A stretch of 64,000 nt of DNA from Alphaproteobacteria bacterium (GCA_021774575.1 JAJFIX010000031.1:28264-92263), one strand, 5' to 3'. Shown: positions 33,143 to 44,872, numbered from the stretch's first letter. Numbers and translations are program-made. The notes: a model not told the origin generated them from the letters alone.

Positions 33143-34338
33143 GTCGGGCCAACGGTGGCGACAGCTTGGGCGGCGATGCCTTCGCCGCGACCGGTGAAAC
33201 CAAGTCGTTCCGTTGTTGTTGCCTTAACGCTAATTTGTGTCGGCGCGACCCCGCAAATTTCTGCCAATCGCGCGGTCATAGCGGTGCGGTGCGGGCCGAT
33301 TTTCGGCGCTTCGCATATCAAGGTGATATCGAGGTGAATGAGGTCCAGTCCGGCTTTTTGGGCAAGGGCAACGGCATGTTCGAGAAATATGTGGGATGCC
33401 GTTCCCTTCCATTGGGGGTCGGTGGGCGGAAAATGATCGCCGATATCGCCGGCGCCCAAAGCCCCCAAAATTGCATCGGTTGCCGCGTGCAAGCCAACAT
33501 CGGCGTCCGAATGTCCGGCCAGTTCATAGGGATGGGGGATCGCCACGCCGCATAAAATGACGTTCACGTTGTTCTTGTGATCCGGTCCACCGGGACTTTT
33601 GTCAAAGGCGTGAACATCAATACCGAAGCCGACCCTGGTCTGCATGGTTGCCTCTCCGAGCGCGACGGCGGCGCGATCAAGATCGGTCGCCGTAGTGACC
33701 TTGAAGTTTTCACTGTTGCCCTCGACGATGGTGACTCTTAATCCCGCCGCGCGGGCCACGGCAGCGTCGTCGGTGTGGTTTTGGTTGGAATTGGCGGCTG
33801 TTTGATGGGCGGCCAAAATGTCGGAATACCGAAAACCCTGAGGCGTTTGGGCGGCCCAAAGCTGAGACCTATCGACGGTTTCCTCGATCAGCCCCTCTTG
33901 AACCCGGGCGATGCTGTCGCTGACGGCGCGGGCCGCGATAGCGCCCATACCAATATCTGTCGCCTCGATGACTTTTGATATTGTATCGACGTCGACCAAG
34001 GGGCGCGCCGCGTCGTGAATAAGGACACTTTCGGGTGGGTCGCTGGCAAGATCCACCAATCCCAGGCGGACTGAATCCTGGCGCGAAGAGCCGCCATTAA
34101 TTGGCGGTCCCAGCTTTTCGCTGGCCGAGCCTAGTTCGGCTGTGGCTTGATCATAAAGTTGCCGGTCATCGGGATGGATGACTACCCGAATTGTGTCGAT
34201 GCTTTGGTGGCGGGCAAAGCAAAGAATAGTGTGGTGCAGCATCATTCTGCCTTCGATAGGGCAATATTGCTTTGGGATCTCGGCACCGAAGCGGTGACCG
34301 CGTCCGGCGGCTACAATGAGGGCAGCGATGCGTGGCAT
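33139..34338 (-). CDS. ispDF: Bifunctional 2-C-methyl-D-erythritol 4-phosphate cytidylyltransferase / 2-C-methyl-D-erythritol 2,4-cyclodiphosphate synthase
   Basis: N-terminal IspD (…ALIVAAGRGHRFG…) fused to C-terminal IspF (…GHSDADV…). Start set at MPRIAAL. Confidence 0.9.
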   Translation of the reverse strand: MPRIAALIVAAGRGHRFGAEIPKQYCPIEGRMMLHHTILCFARHQSIDTIRVVIHPDDRQLYDQATAELGSASEKLGPPINGGSSRQDSVRLGLVDLASDPPESVLIHDAARPLVDVDTISKVIEATDIGMGAIAARAVSDSIARVQEGLIEETVDRSQLWAAQTPQGFRYSDILAAHQTAANSNQNHTDDAAVARAAGLRVTIVEGNSENFKVTTATDLDRAAVALGEATMQTRVGFGIDVHAFDKSPGGPDHKNNVNVILCGVAIPHPYELAGHSDADVGLHAATDAILGALGAGDIGDHFPPTDPQWKGTASHIFLEHAVALAQKAGLDLIHLDITLICEAPKIGPHRTAMTARLAEICGVAPTQISVKATTTERLGFTGRGEGIAAQAVATVGPT

Positions 34339-34488
34339 TTTGTTCAAACAAATTCGACGATTACAAAAGGGTTGGCGGAGACTACAGCGCAATCACAGCA
34401 TTGCCAATATATCGATTTAGGCTTATGAACCAGGGCATAAAAGAATTGATTGCCTAACAATTAGACAGAAATTATACTTGCACAAATT

Positions 34489-35505
34489 ATGACCATTCAA
34501 GTTGGCCCCCTCAGTCTCGACGCGCCGGTGATCTTGGCGCCGATGTCAGGCATCACAGATCGACCATTCCGCCGATTGGCCCGGCGATATGGTGCTGGGC
34601 TGGTGGTTTCGGAAATGATCGCCGGCCCTGAACTTTTACGCCAGACGACAAAAACTCGGCGCCGCACGATGCGCAGTCATGATGAGGGCGTAAATGCCGT
34701 TCAACTGGTCGGTATTGACCCGGCGATTATGGCCGAAGCGGCAAAGTTTTGCGCCGATGAAGGCGCAGAGATCATCGATATAAATTTCGGCTGCCCGACC
34801 AAGAAAGTGACGAAAAAGGCGTCGGGTTCGGCGATCATGCGAGACGAGGGGCTGGCCACCCGGATAATGGCCGCCGTCGTGGCGGCGGTCGATGTCCCGG
34901 TAACAGTAAAAATGCGCCTGGGCTGGGATGACAGTCAGCGTAATGCACCGGGCCTGGCTGCGATGGCCCAGGATGTCGGCATACAAATGATTACGGTCCA
35001 TGGGCGGACCCGCTGCCAAATGTTTAATGGCAGCGCTGATTGGAACTTCCTCGGTGAGGTGAAATCAGCCGTGACCATCCCGGTGGTAGCCAATGGCGAT
35101 ATCACCAGCATTGATCAAGCACGTAAGTGCTTGCAGATTTCCGGGTGCGACGGCGTGATGATTGGCCGAGCCAGTCTGGGCCGCCCATGGTTGCCAGGAC
35201 GGATAGCGGCGGCGCTGACAGGACGCGCCATGCCAGCGGAATTGAACGCTAGCGAGCGGCTGAAGATCGTGCTGGAACATTTCGATGGATTGCTCGATCT
35301 ATACGGATTTGCCACCGGAATGCGCGTGTCGCGCAAGCATTTTGCTTGGTATGCGCAGGCAGCAGCAGCGGATAATTGCAAGGGGCTGGAAACGTCGGGA
35401 GCGACCGGCTTGATGAAAGCAATCGTTCAATGCCGACGCGCCGATGAAGTTCGTCGGGTGCTGGCTAAATATTTTGATCCAACTCTTCATCCGGTCAACC
35501 TGTGA
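34489..35505 (+). CDS. dusB: tRNA-dihydrouridine synthase B
   Basis: 338 aa FMN TIM barrel (…LAPMSGITDRPFR…). Upstream of ntrBC, as in alphaproteobacteria. Confidence 0.85.
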   Translation: MTIQVGPLSLDAPVILAPMSGITDRPFRRLARRYGAGLVVSEMIAGPELLRQTTKTRRRTMRSHDEGVNAVQLVGIDPAIMAEAAKFCADEGAEIIDINFGCPTKKVTKKASGSAIMRDEGLATRIMAAVVAAVDVPVTVKMRLGWDDSQRNAPGLAAMAQDVGIQMITVHGRTRCQMFNGSADWNFLGEVKSAVTIPVVANGDITSIDQARKCLQISGCDGVMIGRASLGRPWLPGRIAAALTGRAMPAELNASERLKIVLEHFDGLLDLYGFATGMRVSRKHFAWYAQAAAADNCKGLETSGATGLMKAIVQCRRADEVRRVLAKYFDPTLHPVNL

Positions 35506-36626
35506 CCGGGTCTTTGCAAACCGGTGCGGAGAGGAACAATTGCCGGCAGATAGACCCGGCTTTGGTGTTGAGTGCGATCGGTGAAATCGTGTTGGTCGTT
35601 GGCGATGGGGATAGCATTCTTTTTGCCAACCCGGCAGCCGAACATTTTTTCAGCATGAGCGCCGCCGTTTTGAAAAGCCATACTTTGGGCGATTTTTTGG
35701 CCGAGGACAGTATTTTGGCAAATGTTGTTGATCAGGCACGGCGAACCGGGGCGAACGTACTCGAGTCTGAAATATCACTAGAAGGGCCGCGTATCGAGCG
35801 GTGCCAAGTCAGCATTCGGGCGGGGCATTTGGGCGACACTGTCGGGCCAATCGTCGTTTCTCTGCATGAACGATCGATCACCCGCAAAATTGATCGCCAA
35901 TTACTTCATCGCACCGCGGCGCGTTCGGTCACGGCAATGGCGCAAATGTTGGCCCATGAAGTCAAAAACCCACTCTCGGGAATTCGCGGGGCCGCTCAGT
36001 TACTGGCCCAAACGATCGATAGTGGCGACCGTAAACTCACTCAACTTATCTGTGATGAGACCGACAGGATTGTCAGGCTTGTTGATCGTATGGAAGTTTT
36101 TTCCGATGGGCCGTCCCTAGACCGGGAACCGGTAAATATTCATGAGGTGCTGCATCATGTGCATGACCTGGCGCATTCGGGTTTTTCAAATAGGGTAAGG
36201 CTGGTTGAAGATTATGACCCATCTTTGCCGCCGGTAATTGGTAATCGCGACCAACTCATCCAAGTCTTCCTGAATTTGGTCAAAAATGCGGGCGAGGCCC
36301 TCCTGGAGGGCAGTGGCGAAATTGTCATTCAAACGAGCTATAATCACGGAATGCGCGTCGCACCAATTGGCGGTGAGACCCGGATTGATCTGCCATTGAA
36401 AGTAACTATCCGCGATAGTGGCACCGGCGTGTCGGAAGATCTTTACCGTCAAATTTTTGATCCCTTCGTAACGACAAAACAAAACGGATCAGGGCTTGGT
36501 CTTGCCTTGGTGGCGAAAATTATTAATGACCATGGCGGGATCGTGGATTTGGAAAGTATCCCAGGTCGCACCGAGTTCCACGTTCTGCTTCCATTAAACG
36601 AAAATAACACCCGGCAAGGGGAGTAG
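35502..36626 (+). CDS. ntrB: Nitrogen-regulation sensor histidine kinase NtrB
   Basis: PAS domain plus an H-box (…LAHEVKNPLSGIRGAAQLL…) and an HATPase domain. Confidence 0.85.
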   Translation: MTGSLQTGAERNNCRQIDPALVLSAIGEIVLVVGDGDSILFANPAAEHFFSMSAAVLKSHTLGDFLAEDSILANVVDQARRTGANVLESEISLEGPRIERCQVSIRAGHLGDTVGPIVVSLHERSITRKIDRQLLHRTAARSVTAMAQMLAHEVKNPLSGIRGAAQLLAQTIDSGDRKLTQLICDETDRIVRLVDRMEVFSDGPSLDREPVNIHEVLHHVHDLAHSGFSNRVRLVEDYDPSLPPVIGNRDQLIQVFLNLVKNAGEALLEGSGEIVIQTSYNHGMRVAPIGGETRIDLPLKVTIRDSGTGVSEDLYRQIFDPFVTTKQNGSGLGLALVAKIINDHGGIVDLESIPGRTEFHVLLPLNENNTRQGE

Positions 36627-36632
36627 CGGGAT

Positions 36633-38069
36633 ATGGCGACTATTCTTGTGGCCGATGACGATAGTGCCATTCGCACAGTGGTAAGCCAGGCCCTCGCCCG
36701 GGCCGGTCACGAGGTGCGGGCAACTGGATTGGCAGCGACATTGTGGCGTTGGATCGAGGACGGGCAGGGGGATTTAGTGATAACCGACGTTGTCATGCCC
36801 GACGAAAATGGTCTCGACATGATCCCGCGTATTCGCAAAATTCGCGCCGATCTGAAAGTTATTGCGATGAGCGCACAAAATACGGTTTTGACTGCGGTGA
36901 AGGCCGCAGAACGAGGGGCATTCGAGTATCTGCCAAAGCCGTTTGATTTGGATGTGTTGCTACTAACCGTGGACCGCGCTCTGGTAAAGCCGGCGCAAGG
37001 TGATGGCAGCGGATATGCTGCGGCATCTGAAGATGAGGGGCTGCCACTGATCGGTCGTTCTCCGGCGATGCAAGATGTCTATCGGGTGATTGGCCGTTTG
37101 GTGACGACGGATTTGTCGGTTGTGGTTACGGGCGAATCGGGAACGGGAAAAGAATTGGTCGCCCGCGCCATTCATGATTTCAGCGGTCGCAAACATGGGC
37201 CCTTTATCGCCATAAATATGGCCGCAATCCCGAAAGAATTGATCGAGAGCGAGTTGTTCGGCCATGAGCGCGGGGCTTTTACCGGTGCGACGCAGCGTTC
37301 GGAAGGTCGGTTTGAGCAGGCCGATGGTGGCACTCTTTTCCTTGATGAGATCGGTGATATGCCGCTTGAAGCGCAAACAAGGCTATTGCGCGTCTTGCAA
37401 GAGGGAGAATTCACATCAGTCGGCGGGCGGACACCAATCCGTGTCGATGTGCGAATTATTGCGGCCACCCATCGCGATCTTGCGCAAGCTGTGCGCCATC
37501 GTCTGTTTCGCGAAGATCTATTCTACCGCTTGAATGTGGTCCCATTACGGTTACCGCCTTTGCGTGAACGCAGTTCCGATATTCCCGATTTGGTCAGGCA
37601 TTTTTTGACCGAGGCCCAGGCGTCGGGATTGCCCGCAAAAACGGTTGATGCGGTAGCCCTCGAGCGGCTAAAGCACCATCGTTGGCCAGGCAATGTCCGC
37701 GAACTGGAAAACCTTGTTCGTCGATTGACGGCTCTTTATTCGGAAAACAATATTTCGATTGAAATTATTAATGCTGAATTAGCTGACGTTGTATCGGATG
37801 CGCCGAGCCAAATTGCCCCCGATGAGTCGCTCAGCGAAGCTGTCGAGCGGCATTTGCGCGCCTATTTTGTCGCCCATGAAGACGAATTGCCAACTGCGGG
37901 CCTTTATGACCGGGTGTTGCGAGAAATTGAACGTCCGTTAATAACCTTGTGTCTGAATGCGACGAATGGCAATCAGATAAAGGCGGCCGATGTTCTTGGC
38001 TTAAATCGAAATACCTTGCGCAAAAAAATCCGCAGCCTTGAAATCGAGGTCGTGCGTGGCGCTCAATAA
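36633..38069 (+). CDS. ntrC: Sigma-54-dependent response regulator NtrC
   Basis: Receiver domain, AAA+ domain ([14 protein letters not shown]) and a C-terminal Fis-type HTH. Confidence 0.9.
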   Translation: MATILVADDDSAIRTVVSQALARAGHEVRATGLAATLWRWIEDGQGDLVITDVVMPDENGLDMIPRIRKIRADLKVIAMSAQNTVLTAVKAAERGAFEYLPKPFDLDVLLLTVDRALVKPAQGDGSGYAAASEDEGLPLIGRSPAMQDVYRVIGRLVTTDLSVVVTGESGTGKELVARAIHDFSGRKHGPFIAINMAAIPKELIESELFGHERGAFTGATQRSEGRFEQADGGTLFLDEIGDMPLEAQTRLLRVLQEGEFTSVGGRTPIRVDVRIIAATHRDLAQAVRHRLFREDLFYRLNVVPLRLPPLRERSSDIPDLVRHFLTEAQASGLPAKTVDAVALERLKHHRWPGNVRELENLVRRLTALYSENNISIEIINAELADVVSDAPSQIAPDESLSEAVERHLRAYFVAHEDELPTAGLYDRVLREIERPLITLCLNATNGNQIKAADVLGLNRNTLRKKIRSLEIEVVRGAQ

Positions 38070-38275
38070 GCAAGCATGAGGCAAAACTAAGTGCCGGCCA
38101 GGTAGATGCAGACCGTTCTCGTTTCGGCTCCTGGGTTATGCTATAGCGATCAAATGTTCGGCGCATCGCGGCGGATTTGACCTCAACCTTGAGCGGGTGG
38201 CCCAAGGTCAATGGTTTCTTTTTCCAGCGGTTACGCCCCTAATTTGGCCCCCCGAGGAGTTCTGACCCAAGTATC

Positions 38276-40537
38276 ATGTCTGAGCCAATCGAAACATCAA
38301 AACAACGGTCACCTGCAAAATTGTTACGCCGCGCGAGAATTTGGGCGGCACAAACCGGCCTCGGGCGACGGCTGGTGTTTTTGTTGTTTGCAATCGCCGT
38401 AATTGCCGGTGTTTTCTCATTCTTGGTTTTAAGTGAAAATATTGGGACCGGCGTTTCCGAAGAACTTGTCTGGTGGGTATTGGTTTCGGATCTTGCTCTG
38501 GTATTGACGCTGGCGGGGGTAATTACGTGGGGACTGGTGCGATTATGGGCCCGACGGCGCACCGGGGCGGCGGGCGCCCAGCTCCATGTAAGATTGGTCG
38601 CCTTATTCGCCGTTTTGACCGTTGCACCGGCGATCGTCGTCGCTGGCCTAGCGGCCGGCTTTTTCAACGCGGAAATGCGGAGTTGGTTTAGCGAGAGCGT
38701 GCAGACCACTGTCGAAAACTCAAAATTAATTTCAGCAGTCTATTTGCAAGAGCATCTTGAGGTGATCAAAGCCGACGCGTTGATGACCAAGATTGACCTG
38801 GAAAACAGGTGGCTGCTTATTCGCCGCAATCCGCGGATGATAGAGGATTTATTAAACGCGGAAGTGCAAAACCGACGATTGACCGCGATGATCGTGTTTG
38901 ATGAACAAGGCCGGATCATTGCCAGCAGCGGCATCACCAGCACAATTATGTTTTCGCAAATACCACCCGAAGTGCTGGAAATGGCGAATGCGGACCGGGT
39001 CGCGCTGATCGATGTGCCGAACGATCGAATTGCTCGGGTGCGCGGACTGGTTCGACTGCGGACGGTGCCGCGCACATATCTCTACGTTGATCGACTTATT
39101 GATCGCGACGTGATGAATTTCTTGCGCCAATCGGAGCAAGCCGCGGCGCAATATGAAGAGCTGCAAGAAGAACGATTGGGGATCGAGTTTACCCTTGTCG
39201 GTTTGTTTGTTCTGGTGACTGGGTTGCTGTTGTTATCGGCGGTGGGCATTGGTTTGGCCTTTGCCAATCGGCTCGCGGCTCCCTTGGGAAGACTGGTCGA
39301 AGCGGCCGAGCAAGTGCGGCAGGGAAATTTGAGCGTGCGGCTTGGCGCCGATGTGGCGGAAGGCGAATTTGGTACGTTGGCACGGGCATTTAACCGAATG
39401 ACCCGGCAACTTGATGAACAGCATGGAGAACTCATTTCTGCCAATCGCGAGCTCGAAGAACGGCGACGTTTCACCGAGGCCATTCTGTCAGGGGTAACGG
39501 CGGGTGTTATCGGCCTTGACGCCGAAGGCAGGGTCAATTTGCCAAATCGGTCGGCGGGGGCATTGCTCGGATTGAAATTGGATGAAATGCAGGGCAATCC
39601 GCTCGCCCAGATCGTACCCGAAGTCGCTGACTTGCTGGCGCGGGCGCGACGGGATCCTCAGCGCTTGGTTGAGGGTGAGATACAGGTTGAGCAGCCGGCG
39701 GGCGTCCATACGTTCCTTGTCAGGATCGCCGCCGATCAAAGTGACGAGGGACAAATCGAAGGGTTTGTCGCCACTTTTGACGACATGTCAGAGCTTGTAC
39801 AAGCCCAGCGAACGGCTGCATGGGCTGACGTAGCGCGGCGTATTGCTCACGAAATCAAAAACCCCTTAACGCCGATCCAACTCTCGGCGGAGCGGTTAAA
39901 ACGGAAATATTTGAAACAAATTTCCGACGATCCAGATACTTTCGTCCAGTGTACCGATACGATTGTCCGTCAAGTTGGCGATATCGGACGAATGGTTGAC
40001 GAATTTTCCTCTTTCGCGCGCATGCCAGCGCCCAAAATGGTCCTCAGCGATTTAGTATCAATTTGTCGGGATGCAGTATTTTTGCAGAGAAATGCGCATC
40101 CGGGCATAAAAATTAACCATGACTTGCCAACGGAAAAATGCGCGATTGGCTGCGATGAACATCTGGTAAGTCAGGCGGTTACCAATTTATTGCAGAATGC
40201 AGCCGACGCAATTACCGGTGCACAGGTGAAAAATATTGATAAGACGGGTGGCGGTCGGATCGATTTGACCCTAAAGTCAGGTTCTGGCTATGTGTTGATC
40301 GAAGTTTTAGACGATGGTCCTGGCTTACCGACTAAGGTTCGAGACCGATTAACTGAGCCATACGTGACGACCCGTGCCGAGGGCACGGGATTAGGTTTGG
40401 CAATAGTAAACAAGATAATGGAAGATCATGGGGGCGAGTTGCGGTTGAGTGACCGTGATGACGGAAAGACGGGGGCTCGGGTTGAGCTAATCTTTGACGC
40501 CCATGCAAATACTTCCCTGAAAGCGAAGGCTGGCTAA
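38276..40537 (+). CDS. ntrY: Sensor histidine kinase NtrY
   Basis: 753 aa with N-terminal TM segments, a HAMP domain, a PAS domain, and a kinase core (…HEIKNPLTPIQLSAERL…). Confidence 0.85.
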   Translation: MSEPIETSKQRSPAKLLRRARIWAAQTGLGRRLVFLLFAIAVIAGVFSFLVLSENIGTGVSEELVWWVLVSDLALVLTLAGVITWGLVRLWARRRTGAAGAQLHVRLVALFAVLTVAPAIVVAGLAAGFFNAEMRSWFSESVQTTVENSKLISAVYLQEHLEVIKADALMTKIDLENRWLLIRRNPRMIEDLLNAEVQNRRLTAMIVFDEQGRIIASSGITSTIMFSQIPPEVLEMANADRVALIDVPNDRIARVRGLVRLRTVPRTYLYVDRLIDRDVMNFLRQSEQAAAQYEELQEERLGIEFTLVGLFVLVTGLLLLSAVGIGLAFANRLAAPLGRLVEAAEQVRQGNLSVRLGADVAEGEFGTLARAFNRMTRQLDEQHGELISANRELEERRRFTEAILSGVTAGVIGLDAEGRVNLPNRSAGALLGLKLDEMQGNPLAQIVPEVADLLARARRDPQRLVEGEIQVEQPAGVHTFLVRIAADQSDEGQIEGFVATFDDMSELVQAQRTAAWADVARRIAHEIKNPLTPIQLSAERLKRKYLKQISDDPDTFVQCTDTIVRQVGDIGRMVDEFSSFARMPAPKMVLSDLVSICRDAVFLQRNAHPGIKINHDLPTEKCAIGCDEHLVSQAVTNLLQNAADAITGAQVKNIDKTGGGRIDLTLKSGSGYVLIEVLDDGPGLPTKVRDRLTEPYVTTRAEGTGLGLAIVNKIMEDHGGELRLSDRDDGKTGARVELIFDAHANTSLKAKAG

Positions 40538-40612
40538 CGCAGGCTGGTAGCGAATATGGCAAAGGGTTTGGTAATTTGATCTGGACAACGGCGAAAAAAA
40601 AGGTCGTCAACA

Positions 40613-42043
40613 ATGGCGCATGACATATTAATTGTCGATGATGAGGACGATATTCGTTTTCAAATTTCGGGAATACTTAACGACGAAGGTTACGACACGC
40701 GAGAGGCACATAGTGATGTCACTGCTCTCCAAGAGATGGAATCTCGTCGGCCTAGTCTGGTTATTCTCGATATCTGGCTCGAAGGCAGCCAACGTGATGG
40801 AATTGAGCTCCTGAAAATTATTCATCAGGAACATCCCGACGTTCCTGTTGTTATTATCAGCGGGCACGGCACCATTGAGATGGCCGTGCAGGCGATACGT
40901 TTTGGCGCCTATGATTTTATTGAAAAACCGTTCAAGGCCGACCGGTTGCTGCTGATCATTCAACGGGCCATGGAATCGACACGCCTGAAGCGGGAAAATC
41001 AGGAATTACGGGCGAGAACCGGTGGTAAGGTAGAGCTTGTAGGCGCATCGCAACCGATTAGCCAGCTTCGACAATCCGTTGAAAAAGTGGCCCCGACGAG
41101 CAGCCGCGTTCTCATAACCGGCGTATCGGGCACGGGTAAAGAGGTTATTGCTCGCCTCATTCATGCCAAATCCAAGCGAGCGGAAGGCCCGTTTGTCGTT
41201 GTTAATTGCGCCACAATGGCCCCTGAGCGAATGGAAATTGAGCTCTTCGGGACCGTCTCGGACGGGTTGGCTGAGGACGGTTCGGGCAAAGTTGGTCTGT
41301 TTGAGCAGGCACATGGAGGCACCTTATTTCTTGACGAAGTGCCTGATATGCCCATGGAAACGCAGGGAAAAATTGTCCGCGTTCTTCAGGAGCAGACCTT
41401 TGAACGGGTCGGCGGTGGCGGCCGAGTGGAAGTTAGTGTTCGCGTGATCGCCAGTACGTCTAAGGATTTGCCCGAAATGATCTCTCTGGGTGGATTCCGG
41501 GAGGATCTATATTATCGGCTCAACGTCGTTCCGCTGGCAGTACCACCGCTTGCCGAGCGGCGTGAGGATATACCTGCCTTAACCGAATATTTCATGAATA
41601 GGGCTGCTGAGGTCAGTGGGTCGACGCCACGCAAAATCGGACCCGATGCCATGGCGGCGTTACAAGCCTATGACTGGCCGGGCAATGTCCGCCAACTCCA
41701 CAATGTGGTCGATTGGTTACTGATTATGGTGTCGGGCGACGGTGAGCAGCTTGTTCGGGCAGACATGCTCCCCCCAGAAATCGGAACGATTACGCCGCCG
41801 ATCCTGCGTTTCGAGCAATCCTTCGAGTTTCTCGGTCTGCCTTTGCGCGACGCACGCGAGGAATTTGAACGGCAATATTTAGGCGCCCAGGTTACTCGTT
41901 TTGGCGGCAACATATCGAGAACGGCAAATTTCGTCGGTATGGAACGCTCTGCTCTGCATCGCAAATTGAAATCACTGGGTGTGCAGGGTGGAAATCAGGA
42001 CGCGCAGCAGCCTCGCGAAGAGGGACTTTCCCGCAGTGCCTGA
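40613..42043 (+). CDS. ntrX: Sigma-54-type response regulator NtrX
   Basis: Receiver domain plus an AAA+ domain (GVSGTGKE) that lacks a canonical GAFTGA motif, plus an HTH. It follows ntrY. Confidence 0.85.
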   Translation: MAHDILIVDDEDDIRFQISGILNDEGYDTREAHSDVTALQEMESRRPSLVILDIWLEGSQRDGIELLKIIHQEHPDVPVVIISGHGTIEMAVQAIRFGAYDFIEKPFKADRLLLIIQRAMESTRLKRENQELRARTGGKVELVGASQPISQLRQSVEKVAPTSSRVLITGVSGTGKEVIARLIHAKSKRAEGPFVVVNCATMAPERMEIELFGTVSDGLAEDGSGKVGLFEQAHGGTLFLDEVPDMPMETQGKIVRVLQEQTFERVGGGGRVEVSVRVIASTSKDLPEMISLGGFREDLYYRLNVVPLAVPPLAERREDIPALTEYFMNRAAEVSGSTPRKIGPDAMAALQAYDWPGNVRQLHNVVDWLLIMVSGDGEQLVRADMLPPEIGTITPPILRFEQSFEFLGLPLRDAREEFERQYLGAQVTRFGGNISRTANFVGMERSALHRKLKSLGVQGGNQDAQQPREEGLSRSA

Positions 42044-42150
42044 TTGGCTCGCCCAGAATGGGACTGAATGTCTGGGTGATGTGTTTTTTGCGCCGCCAGC
42101 ATCTTATATACTGTAGCTGGGGCAAACGGCCCCGTCGGAGATAGCCTCCT

Positions 42151-43527
42151 ATGAAAGCCATCATTTGTGGTGCTGGCCAAGTCGGTCATAATATTGCCCT
42201 TGAATTGGCGGCGGAAAAAGTTGACGTCACGGTCATCGATCAGCGCGCAGATTTGATTCAAAAAATCGGCGACAATATGGATGTGCGTGCCATTGTCGGG
42301 CATGCCTCTCACCCAGATATCTTGGAAGCCGCCGGCGCGCGCGATTGCGATATGCTAATCGCCGTTACCTTCGCCGATGAAGTGAATATGGTGGCCTGTC
42401 AGGTCGCCCAGTCTCTATTTGACGTCCCGATGAAGATTGCCCGGCTGAGGGCCCGTAGTTATTTGCAGCCAATTTGGTCGGATCTATTCAGCCGGGATAA
42501 TTTGCCGATTGATGTCATCATTTCACCGGAAATTGAGGTGGCGCGGGCAATTGGGCGCCGGCTGACTGTGCCTGGAACCTTTGACATGATCACCCTGGCA
42601 GACGACAAGCTGCGGCTGATCGGTGTCCGTTGCGGTGAGGATTGCCCCATTCTAAATACGCCGCTACGGCAATTATCGGCCCTATTTCCCGATCTGCATT
42701 TCACCACCGTCGGCCTGGTGCGCGGCGAGACGGAGATCGTACCGACACTCGACGATCAGCTGTTTGCCGGTGACGAGGTTTATATTGTTGTAAATACCGA
42801 TCATGTCGCCCGCGCCATGGCTGCTTTCGGTCACGAAGAAGCCGAGGCACGGCGCATCGTTATCGTCGGTGGCGGCAATATTGGATTGAGTTTGGCCGAG
42901 GATATAGAAGCCCATTCGTCGGGGAAAACGGCAACATTGATTGAACTTGATCCGGAAAGGGCAAAATCTGTCGCCCAAATCTGCACGCGAACGGAAATTA
43001 TTAATGGCGACGCGCTTGATCTGGAAATTCTAGAGGAAGTTAACATCGCCAAGGCCGAAACCATCATTGCTGTTACCAATGATGACGAGGTTAATATTTT
43101 GGCTTCCTTGTTGGCCAAGCGTAGCGGTGCGAAAAGTTCGATTGCCCTGATAAATACGGGAACCTATACGTCGCTGGTCGGACCTTTGGGGATTGACGTG
43201 GTGGTCAATCCAAGAACCATTACGGTCTCGACAATATTGCAATATTTCCGCCGCGGACGCATTCGATCCGTGCATTCTATACGCGATAATTTCGGCGAAA
43301 TTATTGAGGCCGAAGCACTTGAGACCTCCAGCCTTGTTGGAGTACCTCTTGGCCAAATTGAATTGCCGCCGAATGTGGTGATCGCCGCCATCGTGCATCA
43401 GGGTGAGGCAATGATGGCGACACACGAGACGGTTATTGCCGTGGGTGACAGTATCGTGCTGTTTGCCGCCAAGGGCGCGGTAAAACAGGTCGAAAAAATG
43501 CTCGCTGTTCGCCTCGAATTTTTTTGA
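42151..43527 (+). CDS. trkA: Trk potassium uptake system NAD-binding protein TrkA
   Basis: 458 aa with two Rossmann RCK domains (MKAIICGAGQVGHNIA…, …IVIVGGGNIGLSLA…). Confidence 0.9.
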   Translation: MKAIICGAGQVGHNIALELAAEKVDVTVIDQRADLIQKIGDNMDVRAIVGHASHPDILEAAGARDCDMLIAVTFADEVNMVACQVAQSLFDVPMKIARLRARSYLQPIWSDLFSRDNLPIDVIISPEIEVARAIGRRLTVPGTFDMITLADDKLRLIGVRCGEDCPILNTPLRQLSALFPDLHFTTVGLVRGETEIVPTLDDQLFAGDEVYIVVNTDHVARAMAAFGHEEAEARRIVIVGGGNIGLSLAEDIEAHSSGKTATLIELDPERAKSVAQICTRTEIINGDALDLEILEEVNIAKAETIIAVTNDDEVNILASLLAKRSGAKSSIALINTGTYTSLVGPLGIDVVVNPRTITVSTILQYFRRGRIRSVHSIRDNFGEIIEAEALETSSLVGVPLGQIELPPNVVIAAIVHQGEAMMATHETVIAVGDSIVLFAAKGAVKQVEKMLAVRLEFF

Positions 43528-43549
43528 TATCTCATAGATAGGACTATCG

Positions 43550-44425
43550 ATGTCGCGAATTGCCTATGTTGACGGACGCTATGTCCCTCATTCCCATGCG
43601 CAGGTTTCGATGGATGACCGGGGATATCAGTTTGCCGACGGCGTCTATGAAGTTGTTACCATACGCCAAAAACGGATGGTCGATGAGCTAGGGCATCTCG
43701 CCAGATTGGATCGGTCGCTCAGGGAGTTAGAAATTGAGCGGCCGATGAAGGAACGACCGATGCGCCAAATAATGCGGCGCTTGGTCACTTTAAACAAAGT
43801 CGAAAACGGCATTCTTTATATCCAAATCACCCGTGGCGTGGCGCGCCGAGATCACGCTTTTCCAGCGGATGCAAATGCAGTCTTGGTAGTGAGCGCTAGG
43901 CCAACCAGACCGCATCCGGCAGCCTATATTGAAGACGGTGTGTCGGTTATATCCATTCCCGATATCCGCTGGGCACGCCGCGACATTAAATCGACTTCTT
44001 TATTACCCAACGTTTTGGGCAAACAACAAGCCGTAGAGGCCGGTGCCTTTGAAGCGTGGATGGTCGATGATGCGGGGGATGTTACCGAAGGGACGGCTTC
44101 CAATGCCTGGATCGTCACAAAAGAAGGACATATTATAACCCGCAATCTCGGCACTGAAATTTTAAGTGGAATAACCCGCCTGGCGGTCTTGAAAATCGCT
44201 CAGGAGAGCCAAATTAAGATTGTGGAAAGATCGTTCACACTCGAGGAAGCAAAGCAGGCCGCCGAAGCCTTCGTGACCAGCGCATCTGCCTTTGTCATGC
44301 CGGTGACCCAAATTGATGGTTCGGCAATTGGTGCCGGGAAACCTGGCCCGATCAGCCAAAAACTACGTGCTGCGTATATTGCTTTCATGGAGTTGGAACC
44401 GTTGATTTCTAACGAACTTGAATGA
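43550..44425 (+). CDS. Class IV aminotransferase (D-amino-acid / branched-chain family)
   Basis: 291 aa (…VDGRYVPHSHAQVSMDDRGYQFADGVYEV…). It lies between trkA and hfq, as in Rhizobiales-like genomes. Confidence 0.75.
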   Translation: MSRIAYVDGRYVPHSHAQVSMDDRGYQFADGVYEVVTIRQKRMVDELGHLARLDRSLRELEIERPMKERPMRQIMRRLVTLNKVENGILYIQITRGVARRDHAFPADANAVLVVSARPTRPHPAAYIEDGVSVISIPDIRWARRDIKSTSLLPNVLGKQQAVEAGAFEAWMVDDAGDVTEGTASNAWIVTKEGHIITRNLGTEILSGITRLAVLKIAQESQIKIVERSFTLEEAKQAAEAFVTSASAFVMPVTQIDGSAIGAGKPGPISQKLRAAYIAFMELEPLISNELE

Positions 44426-44612
44426 TGTTATTTTCTTGCATTGGATGTAAAAATGCTTGTAATTCATTGAAAAGACAAGCATATGGTGGATTGGCGACAG
44501 CTCATATTTTAGGGGCCGACAAAAAGCTCGCGACCCTGTAGCGTTAGCTGCCTAAACCGGATCCAAAAAAATTCGGATACGACAATAAAATTACAATAGA
44601 TCGGAACGAAAA

Positions 44613-44870
44613 ATGGCTGCCGATAAAACGCAAAATGTTCAGGACGTTTTTCTGAATCACGTGCGCAAAAACAAGACACCCGTCACCGTTTTTTTGGTGA
44701 ACGGGGTTAAATTGCAAGGCGTGATCACATGGTTCGATAATTTTTGTGTATTGCTGCGTCGCGACACCCATTCCCAACTCGTTTATAAACATGCCATCTC
44801 AACTGTCATGCCGTCTCAGCCAATCCAACTTTTCGACCCCGAAAAGACCGATGAGGAGTCCGAAGGCTAA
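44613..44870 (+). CDS. hfq: RNA chaperone Hfq
   Basis: 85 aa with Sm motifs (…[36 protein letters not shown]…). Confidence 0.95.
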   Translation: MAADKTQNVQDVFLNHVRKNKTPVTVFLVNGVKLQGVITWFDNFCVLLRRDTHSQLVYKHAISTVMPSQPIQLFDPEKTDEESEG

Positions 44871-44872
44871 AT